Of a stretch of 64,000 bases of DNA, positions 26,640 through 40,880 are shown piece by piece. The stretch is from the human T2T-CHM13v2.0 reference genome, Homo sapiens. The stretch lies in assembly GCF_009914755.1 (NCBI RefSeq), contig NC_060947.1; one strand, written 5' to 3'. The position numbers were made by a program, and so were the translations under genes. Numbering within the stretch: position 1 is the stretch's first letter; the number at the start of each line of letters is the position of its first letter. A model generated the notes under the pieces. That model saw only the letters and a program-made list of their open reading frames with translations, did not search any database and was not told the origin of the DNA.

Positions 26640-27030
26640 CAGTCTCTTTGCTGTTCCTGGAACAGCATATTCACATCTCTGGGCCTCGGCTCTTACTAGT
26701 TCCTTATCCTGACTCATTTCTTTAGATAGTAGCATGTTTCATTCCTTGACTTGATTTAGGTCTCTGCTCAGATGTCACACTCTCAGCCTCCTCTCTTCAC
26801 CACTCTTGCTAAAATACTGCTTCCCTTTTTCCTTTACCCTGATGATTTTTTTCATCGTACTTTTAATCTGATATTTTATCATATTTATTGGGTTCTTTGC
26901 CTCCCCTGCTAAAATGTAAATTCCACAACAAAGGGACGTTGTTTTCTTTATGGATGGATACCTGGTACCTGCAACAAAACCTGGCACAGGCTGATTGACT
27001 AGTATTGGTTGAATAAGAGCAAAAATGAAT
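26640..27030 (+). mobile_element. L2 3' end
   Basis: AGGTCTCTGCTCAGATGTCAC...CTAAAATGTAAATTCCA...CCTGGCACAG...TTGGTTGAAT...AATGAATG. Confidence 0.75.
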
Positions 27031-29197
27031 GACTACTGAGATTTACCCTAAAATTTTCAAATATTTTGATGTATAAAAATAGTCTATGAATGTAACCAAA
27101 CTGTGTGGACAGAGGCTGATGGGGTCTCAAGTGGTGTGTGTATGTGAAGGGTAAGACATTTTAGAAGAAGTACCTATGCTGGATTTTGAAACTCTGAAAG
27201 GACAAACGAATGGAGGGAAGAAACAGTAGACTGCGGGATACTTGAGAACGAGAAGAAACAAACAAACAAACAAAATGAATGAAAGCCACTGCCAGTTCTT
27301 GGAACACAGAGTTGGGAAAATGTATTATCTATATCTGGAGAAATACTCAAGTCAGGGGAAGGAGAACAGATGACTGGCAATGAAGGGACCTCAAAGCAAG
27401 GTCTAATTGAGATTTGAGACAACAGCATGCATCCACTTGGAGTTCTTACAAAGAGGAATACTATGTTCAACTGACTCGTACATTTGTAATACGTCCGTTA
27501 AAAAAACCCTATTGCTATTGGAAATGAGTATGGAAAGCTTTCAGAATGGAAGTTTTATTCCATTGTTGGTAAGGGGTGCAATAAATTATTCATGCATAAC
27601 CGCAACTACAAGGAAATGGGCATAAAGAGGTGAGGTAAGTAGGAATAAGTGCTAGTGCATATATAATTACTAAATGGAAATGGTTTGACAAGTCTGATAC
27701 AAAAAGGCTCTCTGGACCCCAATTTCAAATAAAAGACCTGAAGTGATACATTTATTCCTTATCCCTTCAGAGTCTCCATTTTCTATAAGCGAGCCCCCTC
27801 CACAAACGCACCATTAAACCTGTACAATCTATGACAACAATGGGAATTTATCCAAGATGTAGACGTAGAAGTGATGGGTCAAAGTGATCCACAGTTCACA
27901 TCAGATACCATTAAGTGTTTTTATAGCTCTTTACCTCCTCTAGTATAAGGACTCAAAAATACAGCTTGAATGATCCAGAAAATTGAAGGTATCAGGCTTT
28001 AGTGATACCTAACAATTAGTTGGATGAGGTTCTGCACTTGAAGGGCACTTGGTTTTTCAGGAAGGAAGATTTTTTTTCAGTAATTTTTGTATTCTTACTG
28101 GGGTGTTCCTTACACTGTATTCCATCCCTAAGAAAATGCTACTTTTTCATTATCAGTTGTATTGTATCTTGACATCTAATTGGCAATACACCACATTTCT
28201 CTATAAATTATCTCGTTTAAACAGTTACTTTCCTAGTTAAGTATATTTAACAACTTAGATTCTGACAGTTTTTTAATAAACGTATTTTGGTATTTTTAAT
28301 TAAAATCAGTAGAGTATAAACAAATAGAAACACACTAAAGACAATTATGCATTTTAATAAAACAAATGTGCAGGTCCGGAAATGTTCATAGACTCTTGAT
28401 TTTATTTACCTTTAGTATTATACCAAATGTGACCAGTCATTTTTCAAATTTGAGCATGGATCATGTTTTTTTTCTGCCTATATCAAATAGTATAGGGGTC
28501 CAAAACAGGTTTTTAGGGAGTTATTAAGTCTATAGAAAATTATGCTTTTAGGAAGTGTTGTGCTTATGCCAAGTGGGAGAAGCATAATAATAAAATACAA
28601 AGTTTACAAATTATACTGCCTAGGTTATACAATTACTACATAATTGAAAATAAAATTTAACTGCTGTGTACATCATTTATCTATATCAAAGTTACCTATG
28701 CTTAATTTGAAATCACTGTAATAATGCTGATAAATGAAAGAATTGAATTGATTTCTACATTAAAATGTACAATTAAACCTGCTAAATATGCAACTGTACT
28801 TTTTATATGTGCCTTTATTGTAGTAAGGATAGAAATTGTTGATTGTAAATGTAAACCTTATGTTCTATAAGGAATGATTTCTTAAAAAGGGAGTCTATTA
28901 CAATCAGTAATATCATAAAATTTTAAAGATAATAGATGTTTTTCATCCAGTTCAAAATGCTTCACCATGTGGGCTTTTTGATCCTATCTTTAAAAACTTT
29001 TGTGTCCATGAGAAGTATAAGTTAGGTAAGTTTTCTAAGTTAACTGAAATAAAAACACATTGAATTTCTTAAAATCCTAGCAAAATAGTGTAAAATAACG
29101 TACCTATAGTCTTCTCTGGCACATCTTTATATGAATAACGTGAATCATGTATAAATATCCTTGAAATATGTATTTCATTTACATTGCCTCAGGCTAA

Positions 29198-29377
<180 letters not shown>

Positions 29378-32301
29378 TGATTTTTTTTCAAATGGAAATG
29401 TATTTTCTAACATAAAGTATAGGTTAGACAAATGCACACCAAATGTTAAATTCCCTTCTGTGTCTAGTCATCTCTGTAATTATGAAGAGACAAAGTTTAA
29501 TAATATGAAAGCTGATGAAGAAAAAATAACCCCATAATTTATAAATGTGCATTCCCCAGAGTGAAAATGGCTCTTGGTAACTTCATTTTTAATTTCAATT
29601 ATGTATTTTATATAAGGAAAAATCACAAAATAGGCTGCTTACTGTAGTGTTGAAATATAGTGTAATGATAGAATGTAATTTTAAAGAAATGTTTAAATAA
29701 ATAATTTAGAAAACTAAAAATGGCCTACTTTTTATGATGTTAAGTATATGGAATGCTGAATTAAGAGAGTAAATTTTTCTTGGCAAATAGTAGACACACT
29801 AGATATAGGTGAAGTGAATGAATATGTAGAAAATCAGTTCCTTAAGAACGGCTCAATGATGATATTTAGAATCTAGTGATAATTGAAACTTAGTTTAAAA
29901 GTGAACTAAGATAACTAAAATATTTTCATGTGCTTATTCACATAATCAAGGCATAGGAGTTAAGGGTCTCCTGTCATCGACAGCCCTAGAGAAGTTACGA
30001 AAGACAAATATGAGACTTTTAATGATATCAGATATTTTGGGGCACTGCACTGTCATCCTTTTAAGCAAACTAGATTCTCTCTCCACCACAAGCAAACCCT
30101 AAGTGGGAGATGCAAGTACACCTTGTTCTTTAAACTCTGGATCTTTGTATTCACAGGACAACATTCAATAAGGCCACCTGTCCATTGTAATGGAGATCAT
30201 GAAATAACCTAAGTTTACTTTTTGAAGTAATTTGGGAAATGTAGAAAAATATGTTCCCAGGAATTTTCGTATTGGGTAGAAATATATGCTTTTCTGCAAG
30301 TGCAGTATAAAAGTATGAAAAATAGGATGGAGTAACAGGAAAATAAGTTTTCTTAGTTGGGCAGACCATCTAGGCATAGAACCTGAGTAAGTAAATTCCC
30401 CCAATAATTAATCTTAAGGTTCACTTTTCACATAGAAGTTAAGTCACATAAAGATACACTCTTGCTCCTCTAGCTATTAAACCAAGGTCCATAATTTTTT
30501 TTTTTACTTAGTTTCCACTCCCAGGGATATGAAATTTAGATTCTTGACCCCAAATGAATCTTAACACATGGATGAAACACTTCAAAAAGTATAGTTTCTT
30601 TCCTGTTTCACCAGTCACCTGACCAAATCACCTTATCACCCCTTAATTCAAAATTGATTGTGCTCTCTATTCTAGACTTCGAGTGACCCATATTTTTTGC
30701 CATTTGTATTTTTCTTTAATTTCCTAGCCCACTTTACCGGTCTTCTCATTGTATGTTCAGAATAAAAGAAAAGGACCACGAGAAGAATATCCTTTATGGT
30801 ACTATATGAAAACGTGGCATGAATATGACTTGACTAATCATACAAAAATCAGTAACATCACACTACTGTCCACAGATATTGGGTTAGTCAGATTTCATTA
30901 GTTTAGTCAGGTAATCGAGAAACCTGCTTGAAATTAAGTGGGAAGGTGGGCACAACGATAATCAAATTTTATAACATAGCATACTGAAGGAAATCTAAAG
31001 CTGACATTAATTGGAAATGAATGAGAGTAGTAGATCCAAATATCTGCAGTACCTTGAGCAGCAGGAGATGAACTGTAATTGTCATAGGCCCTTTAATTAC
31101 GCACTGAGGAACAACTCCACCAAAACATCACTGCTCCAGAATAAAAACAAACTATAAAAGGAGAGTTGCAATGCCTCTTTCTTGATGAAAGACTTTGGGA
31201 AGACTTGGGCAATAAAGAATACTCATAAATTGTGAGTTTAGTTTCCTGAAGAGTCTTTCCCCTTCTCTCTTGTCTATTCCCACACCACTGCTAGATTTAT
31301 CTTCCTAAAATAGTTTTAGAAACTTGCACAATTGAAAATACAAAATTGACAATCAGACTAAAAGAAGGTGTAATAGTTAGGTCACGCATTCATGGATCTT
31401 AGAATGGGACATAGTGGTCAATGAATCTAAGAAGCTCTCAAATGTAGAATTCTCATCTAAGCATCCCTAACAGATGACAAGTCAATTTTGGCTTAGACAG
31501 TTTCAGCTCATTGCTTTGTGATGCTCAAAATACTATGGAGAATAGCTACAAGGAAGTTATCTCGTAAAGTATGCTGAAACATTCTTTCCTATACTTCTTT
31601 TTATCATTTGGTCCTGTAGTAGTTTACTAGATCAACACAGAATGAATTTCCCCCTCAAGAAGTATATGAATAAGGGAATGATACACATCAGAAAAGGTAC
31701 ATTTCTTCACTTTGTTAGCTCTTGTTCACTACTTTTAGCACAGCTGGCAAAGCTCTTAATGTCATGCCTCTGTCTACTTTCCTATTACAGAGGCATTGTT
31801 GTTTTTTCTCGCCCACTCTCAAGCCACACATACCACTCTCCAGTCCTAAATATGCCCTTGACTTTTGTCACTATGCCTTTGTTCCCTCTGTCAGAGATCT
31901 TCCATGTTCTAAATGTCTTCAAAGACTTCTCACCCGTTAAGGTTGGTTCTAATGACATCTCCCTGTGCAATCTCCTAATTGCATCTTTGTTGGCACACAC
32001 ACATACGCACAAATAATATATGCTTTGTTCATAAATCACATTTTATTCTGCTTAAAATAGTTCTTTAAATCTTGTCCATGTTCCTCTCCCTAGTTCTGTA
32101 AACCTTTTGAAAGTAGGATCTATACCTTAAGGTCACCTAATTTTTTTTCTCTTTTTTAAAAAAAGACTATATACCTAAATCAAAGGGGGGAATTAAATGC
32201 ACATAGGAAAATATTGATTTTGTCCATTAGACTTCTAAATCTATACACAAGAAGCTTTCATTATTCACATATATCCTTAATCATATTGTATATGTGGGGT
32301 A

Positions 32302-32366
<65 letters not shown>
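32302..32366. repeat. (TG)n(GA)n microsatellite
   Basis: Directly visible. Confidence 0.95.
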
Positions 32367-32371
<5 letters not shown>

Positions 32372-32422
32372 ACTGAGGAACCAAAAAGAAAATAAGTCAG
32401 GAGCATAAGGAGGTATTTTCTT

Positions 32423-32742
32423 CTTTTTTTTTTTTATTATACTTTAAGTTTTAGGGTACATGTGCACAACGTGCAGGTTTGTTACATATGTATACATGTG
32501 CCATGTTGGTGTCCTGCACCCATTAACTGGTCATTTAGCATTAAGTATATCTCCTAATGCTATCCCTCCACCCTCCCCCCACCCCACAACAGGCCCCGGT
32601 GTGTGATGTTCCCCTTCCTGTGTCCATGTGTTCTCATTGTTCAATTCCCACCTATGAGTGAGAACATGCGGTGTTTGGTTTTTTGTCCTTGCAATAGTTT
32701 GCTGAGAACGATGGTTTCCAGATTCATCCATGTCCCTACAAA
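32423..32742 (-). mobile_element. Young 5'-truncated L1PA (PA3/PA4-like), ORF2 end and 3'UTR
   Basis: TATACTTTAAGTTTTAGGGTACATGTGCACAACGTGCAGG...CATGTCCCTACAAAG; short TSD GTATTTTC(T/C)TT starting at 32413 and 32743. Confidence 0.96.
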
Positions 32743-33050
32743 GTATTTTCCTTTTCTACAAAAAAATTCTAATTGACCTGTGCACATTATTTTCACTTTG
32801 GAGAAGTGACTTCTCCTCAAGTAAGCCATAACAAGTGTTTGCCAAAGCTAGAATTAGCTAACCACTTGCTCATTTGCTTACATATCCCCGAGGCACCATA
32901 CAGGACATTGCTGATACTATGGAAATGACCTACAGAAGTTTGGACATTTGGTGAGGACCATTTTTCACTTTTTTTCATTCCTTTCTCTATGTGAAGGAAA
33001 TTTAATAGTATTATGTATTCTTTAATACCTTAACTCTTTCTCTAATGTGT

Positions 33051-33138
33051 GAGAGAGGGGAGGGAAGGGAAGGGAAGGGAAGGAGAGGGGAGGGAAGGGA
33101 AGGGGAGGGGAGGGGAGGGGAGGGGAGGAGAGAGAGAT
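33051..33138. repeat. (GGGAA)n/(GGGGA)n pure-purine tract
   Basis: Directly visible. Confidence 0.93.
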
Positions 33139-33294
33139 CAAAGGACAAAGAAAATAACCAGAGATACAAGGATGCAAAGAGAATTTCCTTTTTCTACTTC
33201 CAAAATCTAGTTATTCTGTGCAAAAACGTTAAGAACGAACTTTGGAAGAAAACTATGCATGGTGAAAATGCTGCTGTTTAAAAACTACAACAAA

Positions 33295-33480
33295 ACAGCC
33301 CATCATAGAGTAGAAGAAACACCGGCCTGGGAGGACAAGTGCCTGTGTTCTATCACAGAGCTAATGTTAACAAGCTGCTCATTGACGAAAATCTCGTCCC
33401 TTATATCAGACTCAATCTCCTCATTCATAAGATGAGAAATTTGCACTAGATTATCACTGAAATTTGCTCCACCTCTAAAA
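33295..33480 (+). mobile_element. MIR-like fragment
   Basis: ATAGAGTAGAAGAAACACCGGCCTGGGAG...CTCAATCTCCTCATTCATAAGATGAGAAATTTGCACTAGAT. Confidence 0.55.
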
Positions 33481-33644
33481 TGACTAGGGTTCCATATTCT
33501 GGTAAATTAAACAGAGTAATGTTTTAAATTAAAGATATTATCACAGGTGTGTAATCTTGCCTGTTGAGCATAAATTAAGAATATTTTCAAAACGATGTGA
33601 CATTCAATTTATAGTAACAGATTCAAAAAGCATATTTAAAAATA

Positions 33645-33895
33645 AATTATAGCTAGATAGGAGAAATAAGTTCTAGTGCTCTATACGACTGAATGGTGAC
33701 TATAGTTAGCAATAATATAGAAGTTTCAAATGGCTAGAAGGAGAACGTTGAATGTTCCCAACACAAATAAATGACCAATGTTTGAGATAATGGATATGCT
33801 AATTACCCTGATCTGATCACTATACATTACATATATAAAAACATCACTAGGTTCTCCATGAATATGTACAATTATTATTTGTCAATTAAAAAAAT
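33645..33895 (+). mobile_element. L1MA5-7-type 3' end
   Basis: AGCTAGATAGGAGAAATAAGTTCTAGTG...GGATATGCTAATTACCCTGATCTGATCACTATAC...GTCAATTAAAAAAA. Confidence 0.88.
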
Positions 33896-34436
33896 TCTTC
33901 AAAAGTAAACAATGTAAAATAGTAGACGTGATGTGAGGTATAAGGAGAACTTCCCAATCAATTTTGGAACATAAAACTTCATTTCTGAGGCAAAGGAAGA
34001 ACTTGACATTTTATATAACTTCTTTGCCAGAATCCAGTGGCTCTACTATTTTTCTGAAGAATGCATAAAATCACAGTATCATGATACTTTGGAATTTAGG
34101 AGGCTGCTATACTGAGTTTAGTCCTGTCTGTTTGTATCTAACAAAGAAATCTTTCTTTTTCTCCAACCCTCAGTTTCTCCATCTTGGAAATAAGAAAGTT
34201 AGATGTAATGATAACATGAATGTCCTTACCTCTTAATCTTTCAGTTTTATGTGATCATATGAGTATCTTCTCTCTGATCAAGCAGTCTGCTTAGTGATTT
34301 GATAAATTAAATGATAAACTTTCATTTGCTTTGAAGTGTTTTTTATTTTGTTTTTGTCACTATAAAAATAATTAATTTTTGAGTATTTACAGCATTGTCC
34401 TTCCAACTGCTAAAGAAAGTCATGTCCTTGCCATTT

Positions 34437-37400
34437 TCTTCCTCAAAGACTTAGAAAAAGAAGGACAAACTAAGCCCAAAGTTAGCAGAGGGAAGGAAAT
34501 ATTAAGATTAGATCAGAAAAAAGCCAAAATTGAAATAGAAAACAATAGAAAAATCAACAAAGCTAAGAGTTTTTTTAAAAACAAATCAATAAAATTGACA
34601 AATCTTTAGGTAGATTAAGTAAAAAAAAAAAAAAAAAAAGGAAAATTCAAATAAGTAAAATCAGAAATGAAAGAGGAGACATTACAACTGGTATCCAAAA
34701 AGAATGCAAATGATTATAAGACACTGCTGTAAACAACTGTATGTTAACCTAGAAAAAAATGAACAAATTCCTTGAAACATGCAATCTACCAATATTGAAT
34801 CTTGAAGAAATAGAAAATCTGAGTAGGCCGAAACTAGTAAGGAGATTGAATCAGTAGTCCAAAACCTTCCAACAAAGAAAAGCCCAGGACCAAATGTCAT
34901 CACTGGTGAAATCTAATGAACAGTTAAAGAAGAATTAACACCAATCCTTCTCAAATTCTTCAGAAAAATTAAAGAGAAGAGAACACTTCCAAGCTCATTC
35001 TACAAGGGGCATCAGTATCCTGATATCAAAGTCAATAAAAGACACTAGGAGAAAAGTACAGAACAATACCGCTGATAAATATAGAAGCAAAATAACTCAT
35101 TAAAATACTAGCAAACTGAACTCAACAGTATATTGAAAGGATTATACACGAGAGCCATATAGGATTTATTCTTGGAATGCAAAAATGGTTCAATTTATGA
35201 AAACTAATCAGTGTGATACACAACATTAACAGAACAAAGGCTAAAAATCTATGGTCATCTCAATAGCTGCAGAAAAAGCGCTTAACAAGTTTCAACACTT
35301 TCATGATAAAAACACACAACAAACTAGGAATAGAACGAAATTACCGCAACATAATAAAAACCGTATATGAAAAACCCACAGTGAATATCACATTTAATGG
35401 CAAAAGACTGAAAATCTTTTCCCTTAAGATCAGAAACAAGACAAGAATGCACACTTTTGCCACTTCTTTTCAAAATCGTACCAGAAGTACTAGCCAGAAC
35501 AATTAGATAAGAAAGAGAAATAAAATACATCAAATTTGGAAAGGAAGATGTAAAATTATATCTGTTTGCAAATTAGATGATCTGATACGTAGAAAATCTT
35601 AAGAGTGACGCCACACAGAGACATGGTTAGAACCAATAAACAAATTCAGCAAAGTTGCAGGATACAAAGTCATCATTCAACAGTTGCGTTTCTATACGCT
35701 AGCAACATAAAAACAGGAAATTTAGAAAACAATCTCATTTACAATAGCAATAAAAAGAATAAATAACTTAGTAAATACCCAACCAAGAAGGTAAAAGATG
35801 TGTGTGCTGAAAGCTATGAAATATTGTTGAAAGAAATTGAAGATGACAAAAATAAATGGAAATACATCTGATGTGTCATTTAAAAGTCTATATATCCAAA
35901 CCATCTACAGATACAGTGTAATTCCTATCATAATCCCAATCGCATTTTTTACAGAAATAAGGTAAATTTCCTAAAATTCATATGAAACCACAAACGACTC
36001 CAAATAGCCAAAACAGTCTTGAGGAAGAAGAATAAACTGGAGGCATCACACTTGCTAGTTTCAAAATGAATTACCAAAGCTACCTCAGTCAAGAGCGCAC
36101 GATAGTGTCATAAAGGCAGACATATAGACCAATGGAACAGAATAGAGATCCCAGAAATAAACCTAGCATCACCTTCAATAGGGGTGCCAAGAATACACAA
36201 CTGGGAAAGGATATCCTCTTCAACCAATGGTGCTGGGAAAACTGGATATACACATTGCAAAGAATGGAATTGGACCTTTAACTTAAACTATACATAAAAA
36301 TCAACTCAAAATGAAATGGAGTAAAGACTTAAAAATAAGATCTGAAACTATGAAACTCATAGAAGAAAACATAAGGGAAAAATTTCCTGACATTGGTCTT
36401 CACAATAATTTTTTTTGGATATGACGCTAAAAGGACAGCCAACAAAAACAAAACTAGATAAGCAGAAATATATCAAACTAAAAAGCTTCTACAAAGCAAG
36501 GGAAACAATCAACAGAATTAAAAGCAACCTATAGAATGAGAGAAAAGGTTTGCAAACCATATATCTGATAAGGTGTCAATATCTAAAATACATGAGGAAC
36601 GTAATAACAACAACAACAAAAATTCGAACAACCCAATTTTTAAAGTGAACAAAGGAATTGAATAGATATTTCTCCAAAGAAGACATTAAAATGACCAACA
36701 GTTATATGAAAAGATGTTCAACATCACTAACTACCAGGGAAATGCAAATCAAATCCACAATGATATACTACCTCACGGATTAGGATAACCATTATTAAAA
36801 AAAAAAAAAAAAAAAGCCCAAGATCATTACATGTGTTGGTGAAGGTGTAGGAAAATTGGAGATGTAGACTGCTGGTGGAAATATAAAATTGTGCAGCTTT
36901 TGTGGAAAACAATATGGAGTTTCCTCAAAAAAATAAAAAATATAACTACCATAAGATCTAGCAATCCCGCATCTGGATATTTATCTAAACGAATTCAATT
37001 TAGGATCTTGAAGAGATATCTGCATTCCCATGTTTATTGTAGCATTTTTACAGTAGCCAAGAGGTGTGAACAAACTAAATGTCTATTGACAGGGGAATGT
37101 ATAAAGCTATGTTATATACATACAATGGAATATCATTCTGCCACAAAAAGGAAATCTTACCATATGCTACAATGTGGATGAATCTTGTAGCCATTTTGCT
37201 AAATAAAATAAGCAAGTCGTAAAAGGACAAATACTGCACGCATCCACTTACATGAGGTATCTAAAGTAGTCAAAATTATAGAAACAGAAAGTACAATGGT
37301 GGTTGCTAAGGGCTGGAGGAGGGAAGAAATGGTGAGATGCTGTGCAATGGGTATAGACTATCAGGCATGTAGGGTTAAAAAAATTATAAAGATCTGCTAT

Positions 37401-37485
37401 GCAACATTTTGCTTATATTTAACAATACTGTATTGTGCACTTAAAATTTATTAAGAGGGTGGATTTCATTAAAAAAATAAAAACA
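34437..37485 (+). mobile_element. About 3 kb 5'-truncated, inactivated L1 (L1MA9/10-L1MB type): decayed ORF2 and 3'UTR
   Basis: ORF fragments resemble L1 ORF2 (LKDLEKEGQTKPKVSRGKEI; MIKTHNKLGIERNYRNIIKTVYEKPTVNITFNGKRL); many stops and frameshifts; 3'UTR GATCTGCTATGCAAC...TTAAGAGGGTGGATTTCA. Confidence 0.95.
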
Positions 37486-39074
37486 AGTGCTTCATTAAGA
37501 AAAAAACATCTTTTTCAACACATACAATTCTTTGTTAATGAACTTAATCATTGAATGCCAACTGGTTGGGAAATGGTATACCTGACAACATAGAAAGCCA
37601 TCAGACAGCTAACATGGTATTTGCAACTTCTCGTGAGGGTGGGAGCACCATAAACACATATATGAAGAGATAATAAAAGTCCAAGGCAACAATATAAGAT
37701 GTAGCATAAGTGACCTCGTAATGAACTGAAATAGATATTAAGTTGATATTAAATGTTGTGTATCAACGGCAGTGTGAGATCATTGTGAACTAGAATAGTG
37801 TAGCATATCTTTTGGACTAAGGTAGATTATTCCAGGCTTTAAATTCCGAAATATTTAGAGAGTAAGAAGGACATAGAGAGACCATTCAGACAACAGTTGC
37901 AACGGAAGTAGACTTGAAGGCCAGAAAGAGCTCAGCATGCACAGGGATAAAACAGGAAGAGCCCAGTGCTAAGGATTCACTCAGGGGAAGGGTGGGTGAT
38001 AATACTGGATGCTTAAGTTGGTATAAGATAGTAAGATACCTGAAATATGAATCTGATGTTTTAGTTTTTTAAAGAATTTTACAAAACAGATTTTTAAATA
38101 GCTGTAGAGATTCAAAAGAGAAACGAAGCAGTTGTACCCAAAAGTAGGATAATAAAGATCTCTTGATTGTGTTAAATTATAAATGCATACTCCATCCATA
38201 GGGTGATGCCAAAGAAGGAGGAAACAAGTAGTTTGTTATTTGTCTTCAATTTATGCTATGCTTCTTCTCTGTTTGAAGAAGTTGACCTGTCTGCTCGAAA
38301 GCCATATCCAGCAGACCCACCGATTACTTGCACAGTGACAGAATTTAAGGGTCAATTATATTCATGAACTAATTTATTTCCACTGAGTTTACTGATGACC
38401 CTAGAAAATTTAAGCGGTGACACAGGACTGTAAATTCTTTGTTGCATTATAAAGCTCCTTCAAGAAATTAAAATGCTTAAGTGAAAATAATGATCTATCC
38501 AACTTTGAGTGGTTTCCCTACACTTTTTAGTGATCACTTTCTGGTAAGAGACCTAGAAAAAAACTGCTGAATGAATCCTCAATTTGTCAATTTTTTGGAA
38601 AACCAATACCTTCTACAGCTATTGAAAATTCAGAGGGCAGTTTGCAAGAAACTTAATCTATATCATCCTTCCTGCAACCTTACCACAGCCATGATTTTAT
38701 CTTCATTTAAAGCACGAGATTGAAAGATGCATTGTGAGAGAAGTTCCGGTTTGCTACTTCCTTCATTGTTATTTTTAATCTTTGAGATATACAATAAAGC
38801 ATCATTAACCTGAAAGAAAGAACACCCCTCCAGAACACACAGTAATCAATGGCAAAGTTAATTGGAATTGAGTTCTTTTAACAATTCCACCTTAGCAATT
38901 CTACAATGTTCCTAGTGATAGACAGTTTTAATCAAAGCTTGGAGTATTTGAAAAAGAGACAAATAATGTAAGGAAGGAGATAATTTGTGACTAAAACCTA
39001 GTCTTTCCACTAAGGATTTCCTTTTCTTTAAAGTTTCAGGTTTGGAGCTGAAACACTTTTTGAGTAGAGAAGAC

Positions 39075-39270
39075 ACAGGATGGGACAGTGGTTGAAAAGA
39101 AGTTGGTCTGGGTGCAAATCCCAACTGCAGCATGTTAGCTGAGCCATCCTGGACAACTCACTTAGCCTCTCTGTGCTCCAGCTTCTTTGCCTGGAAAATG
39201 GGAACGATAATAAAACGCACTTTGGCCTGGCACATAGTAAGCCTTCAATAAAACTATCACTATCATTTTT
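39075..39270 (+). mobile_element. MIR SINE
   Basis: TCTGGGTGCAAATCCCAACT...TCACTTAGCCTCTCTGTGCTCCAG...GCCTGGCACATAGTAAG. Confidence 0.8.
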
Positions 39271-40569
39271 ATGAAGCAAGATAAAGCATTCTTCTTGAAC
39301 CACTTCTCTACATTTTTTTTCTGAAAGGTTAGAGCTCAATGAGAACCATAACCCCAGGCCAGGGCAGAGTAAAGAAAGATATACAATTCTTCAGATCTAA
39401 GCAGTTGTTTATGGATACCTCAAAATGATTGTAATATTACCAACATACCTAAAAGAAAAGACAGGTGGGTCAGGCTAGTACATGTTTACTTCCTACACTG
39501 AAAGCATTTTGATTGATGCTATTCTGACTCTTCCAAATTTTAATGGCTCCTGTTAACCAATTTCACCTGCACACTGGGCTCGTATTCCTCATCTCAGCTG
39601 GTAAGAAATTAAAGTGTCTCAGTACGATGACAAGAAACTACTGAGCAGGCCATTCATCGTTCTGAAAACAGTATGAAACAGCTATCATCATACCTCTATA
39701 AATTAAAATGTTATTTTCTTTCTACAGTTGTGCTCTGACTACAAGCATATCGGCCATTCCTGGTGGGGTCCAGTTCATTATTTCAGTAGACGTAAATAAT
39801 TTTTAGCACAGGTATTTGAAATTAGAAGGCGATTCAGCATTGGAATTGAGAATTGTCCACACCACTGCTTATAACCTTGGAATTAAGAAATGTGGAGGTG
39901 CCATTGTTCCCTGGGGTCATTTCCATCATTCTGTAATAGGTCTTTTGTTTTTGTTGGGACTGTTGTATTTGCCACCTTTGGTCAAATGAATCTGAAACAA
40001 TTCTATAGCTAGAGCAACACCACGAAAGATTGTTTTGTCACTAAAATGATGAGCTAGAAAGGAAACGCATAGGAAAAACATGCTCAGCCTTCCTATAGCT
40101 AAGAAACCAATGTACGGAGGCCAGAAGAGTAGTTCAAGTTCTTCAGAAGCACATGAACTCTTTATTCTAATAAATTACAGAGTCCACATGTGGGAGATGC
40201 TTCACTATTTAGTGAAATCATTTCACGGAATAATATAGATCAATGTTTCTCATGCTGATTTCTCCAGGTCTTAGAAATCTGAGGTGTCAGTTTTAAAATC
40301 TCCTGGAAAATATGTGTACACATATTCAGGGTCATTCAGCTCAACTGAAACTGATAGCTGATTACAGTGTTCCTGCTTTGTTGATATTTATAAGGTCTGG
40401 CTTCGTATCAAGCAGTTATGTAAAGTGTAAAGAATTGGTGAGAATGAACATTATGCACCCTCCATGAAAGAAGACCAAATGACAACCAATTGTATGAAGA
40501 AATGTTAAACACAATTAGAATGGAAGAAAACAAGTAGATGAGGAGTTAGTGAATGCTACCTAAGAATAC

Positions 40570-40880
40570 AGATATTAACCTAGAAATATGTTCTTGAATA
40601 ATTACGTGACAAGAGCTAGACACAGAATAAATATATCATATAATTTCATTTCTATTTTAAAAGGAAAGTTTATATAAAATTCTATATATGTTATATATAT
40701 TAAAACACGTTCATATGAATACAGATAAATGTCTTGATGTGAATGGATGATTCACATGAACACTTAAGAAAGTTAAATGGGGCAAGGCAGAAATGTATCA
40801 GCTCTTTATACAATACTATTTTTAATTTGTTTTAATGAGCATGTGTTACTTTTGTATATCGGGAATACGTTTCTTAAAAA
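40570..40880 (+). mobile_element. Very old L1M 3' fragment
   Basis: CACAGAATAAATATATCATATAATTTCATTT...AATGAGCATGTGTTACTTTTGTA; highly diverged. Confidence 0.45.

Noticed and set aside
34379-37181. Reverse-transcriptase-like ORF fragments as a possible novel RT system
   Set aside because: Colinear pieces of a decayed L1 ORF2 with many stops and frameshifts, followed by an L1 3'UTR
38281-38410. Hairpin GTCTGCT/AGCAGAC with CGAAA and a nearby CTGATGA, suggesting a hammerhead ribozyme
   Set aside because: The CUGAUGA and GAAA boxes are not joined by a valid stem II and no three-stem topology could be built; other CTGATGA hits I checked also failed
39710-39820. Strong-looking plus-strand acceptor TTTTCTTTCTACAG with a downstream CAG|GTATTT
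   Set aside because: All three frames contain stops, and nothing else supports a non-coding exon
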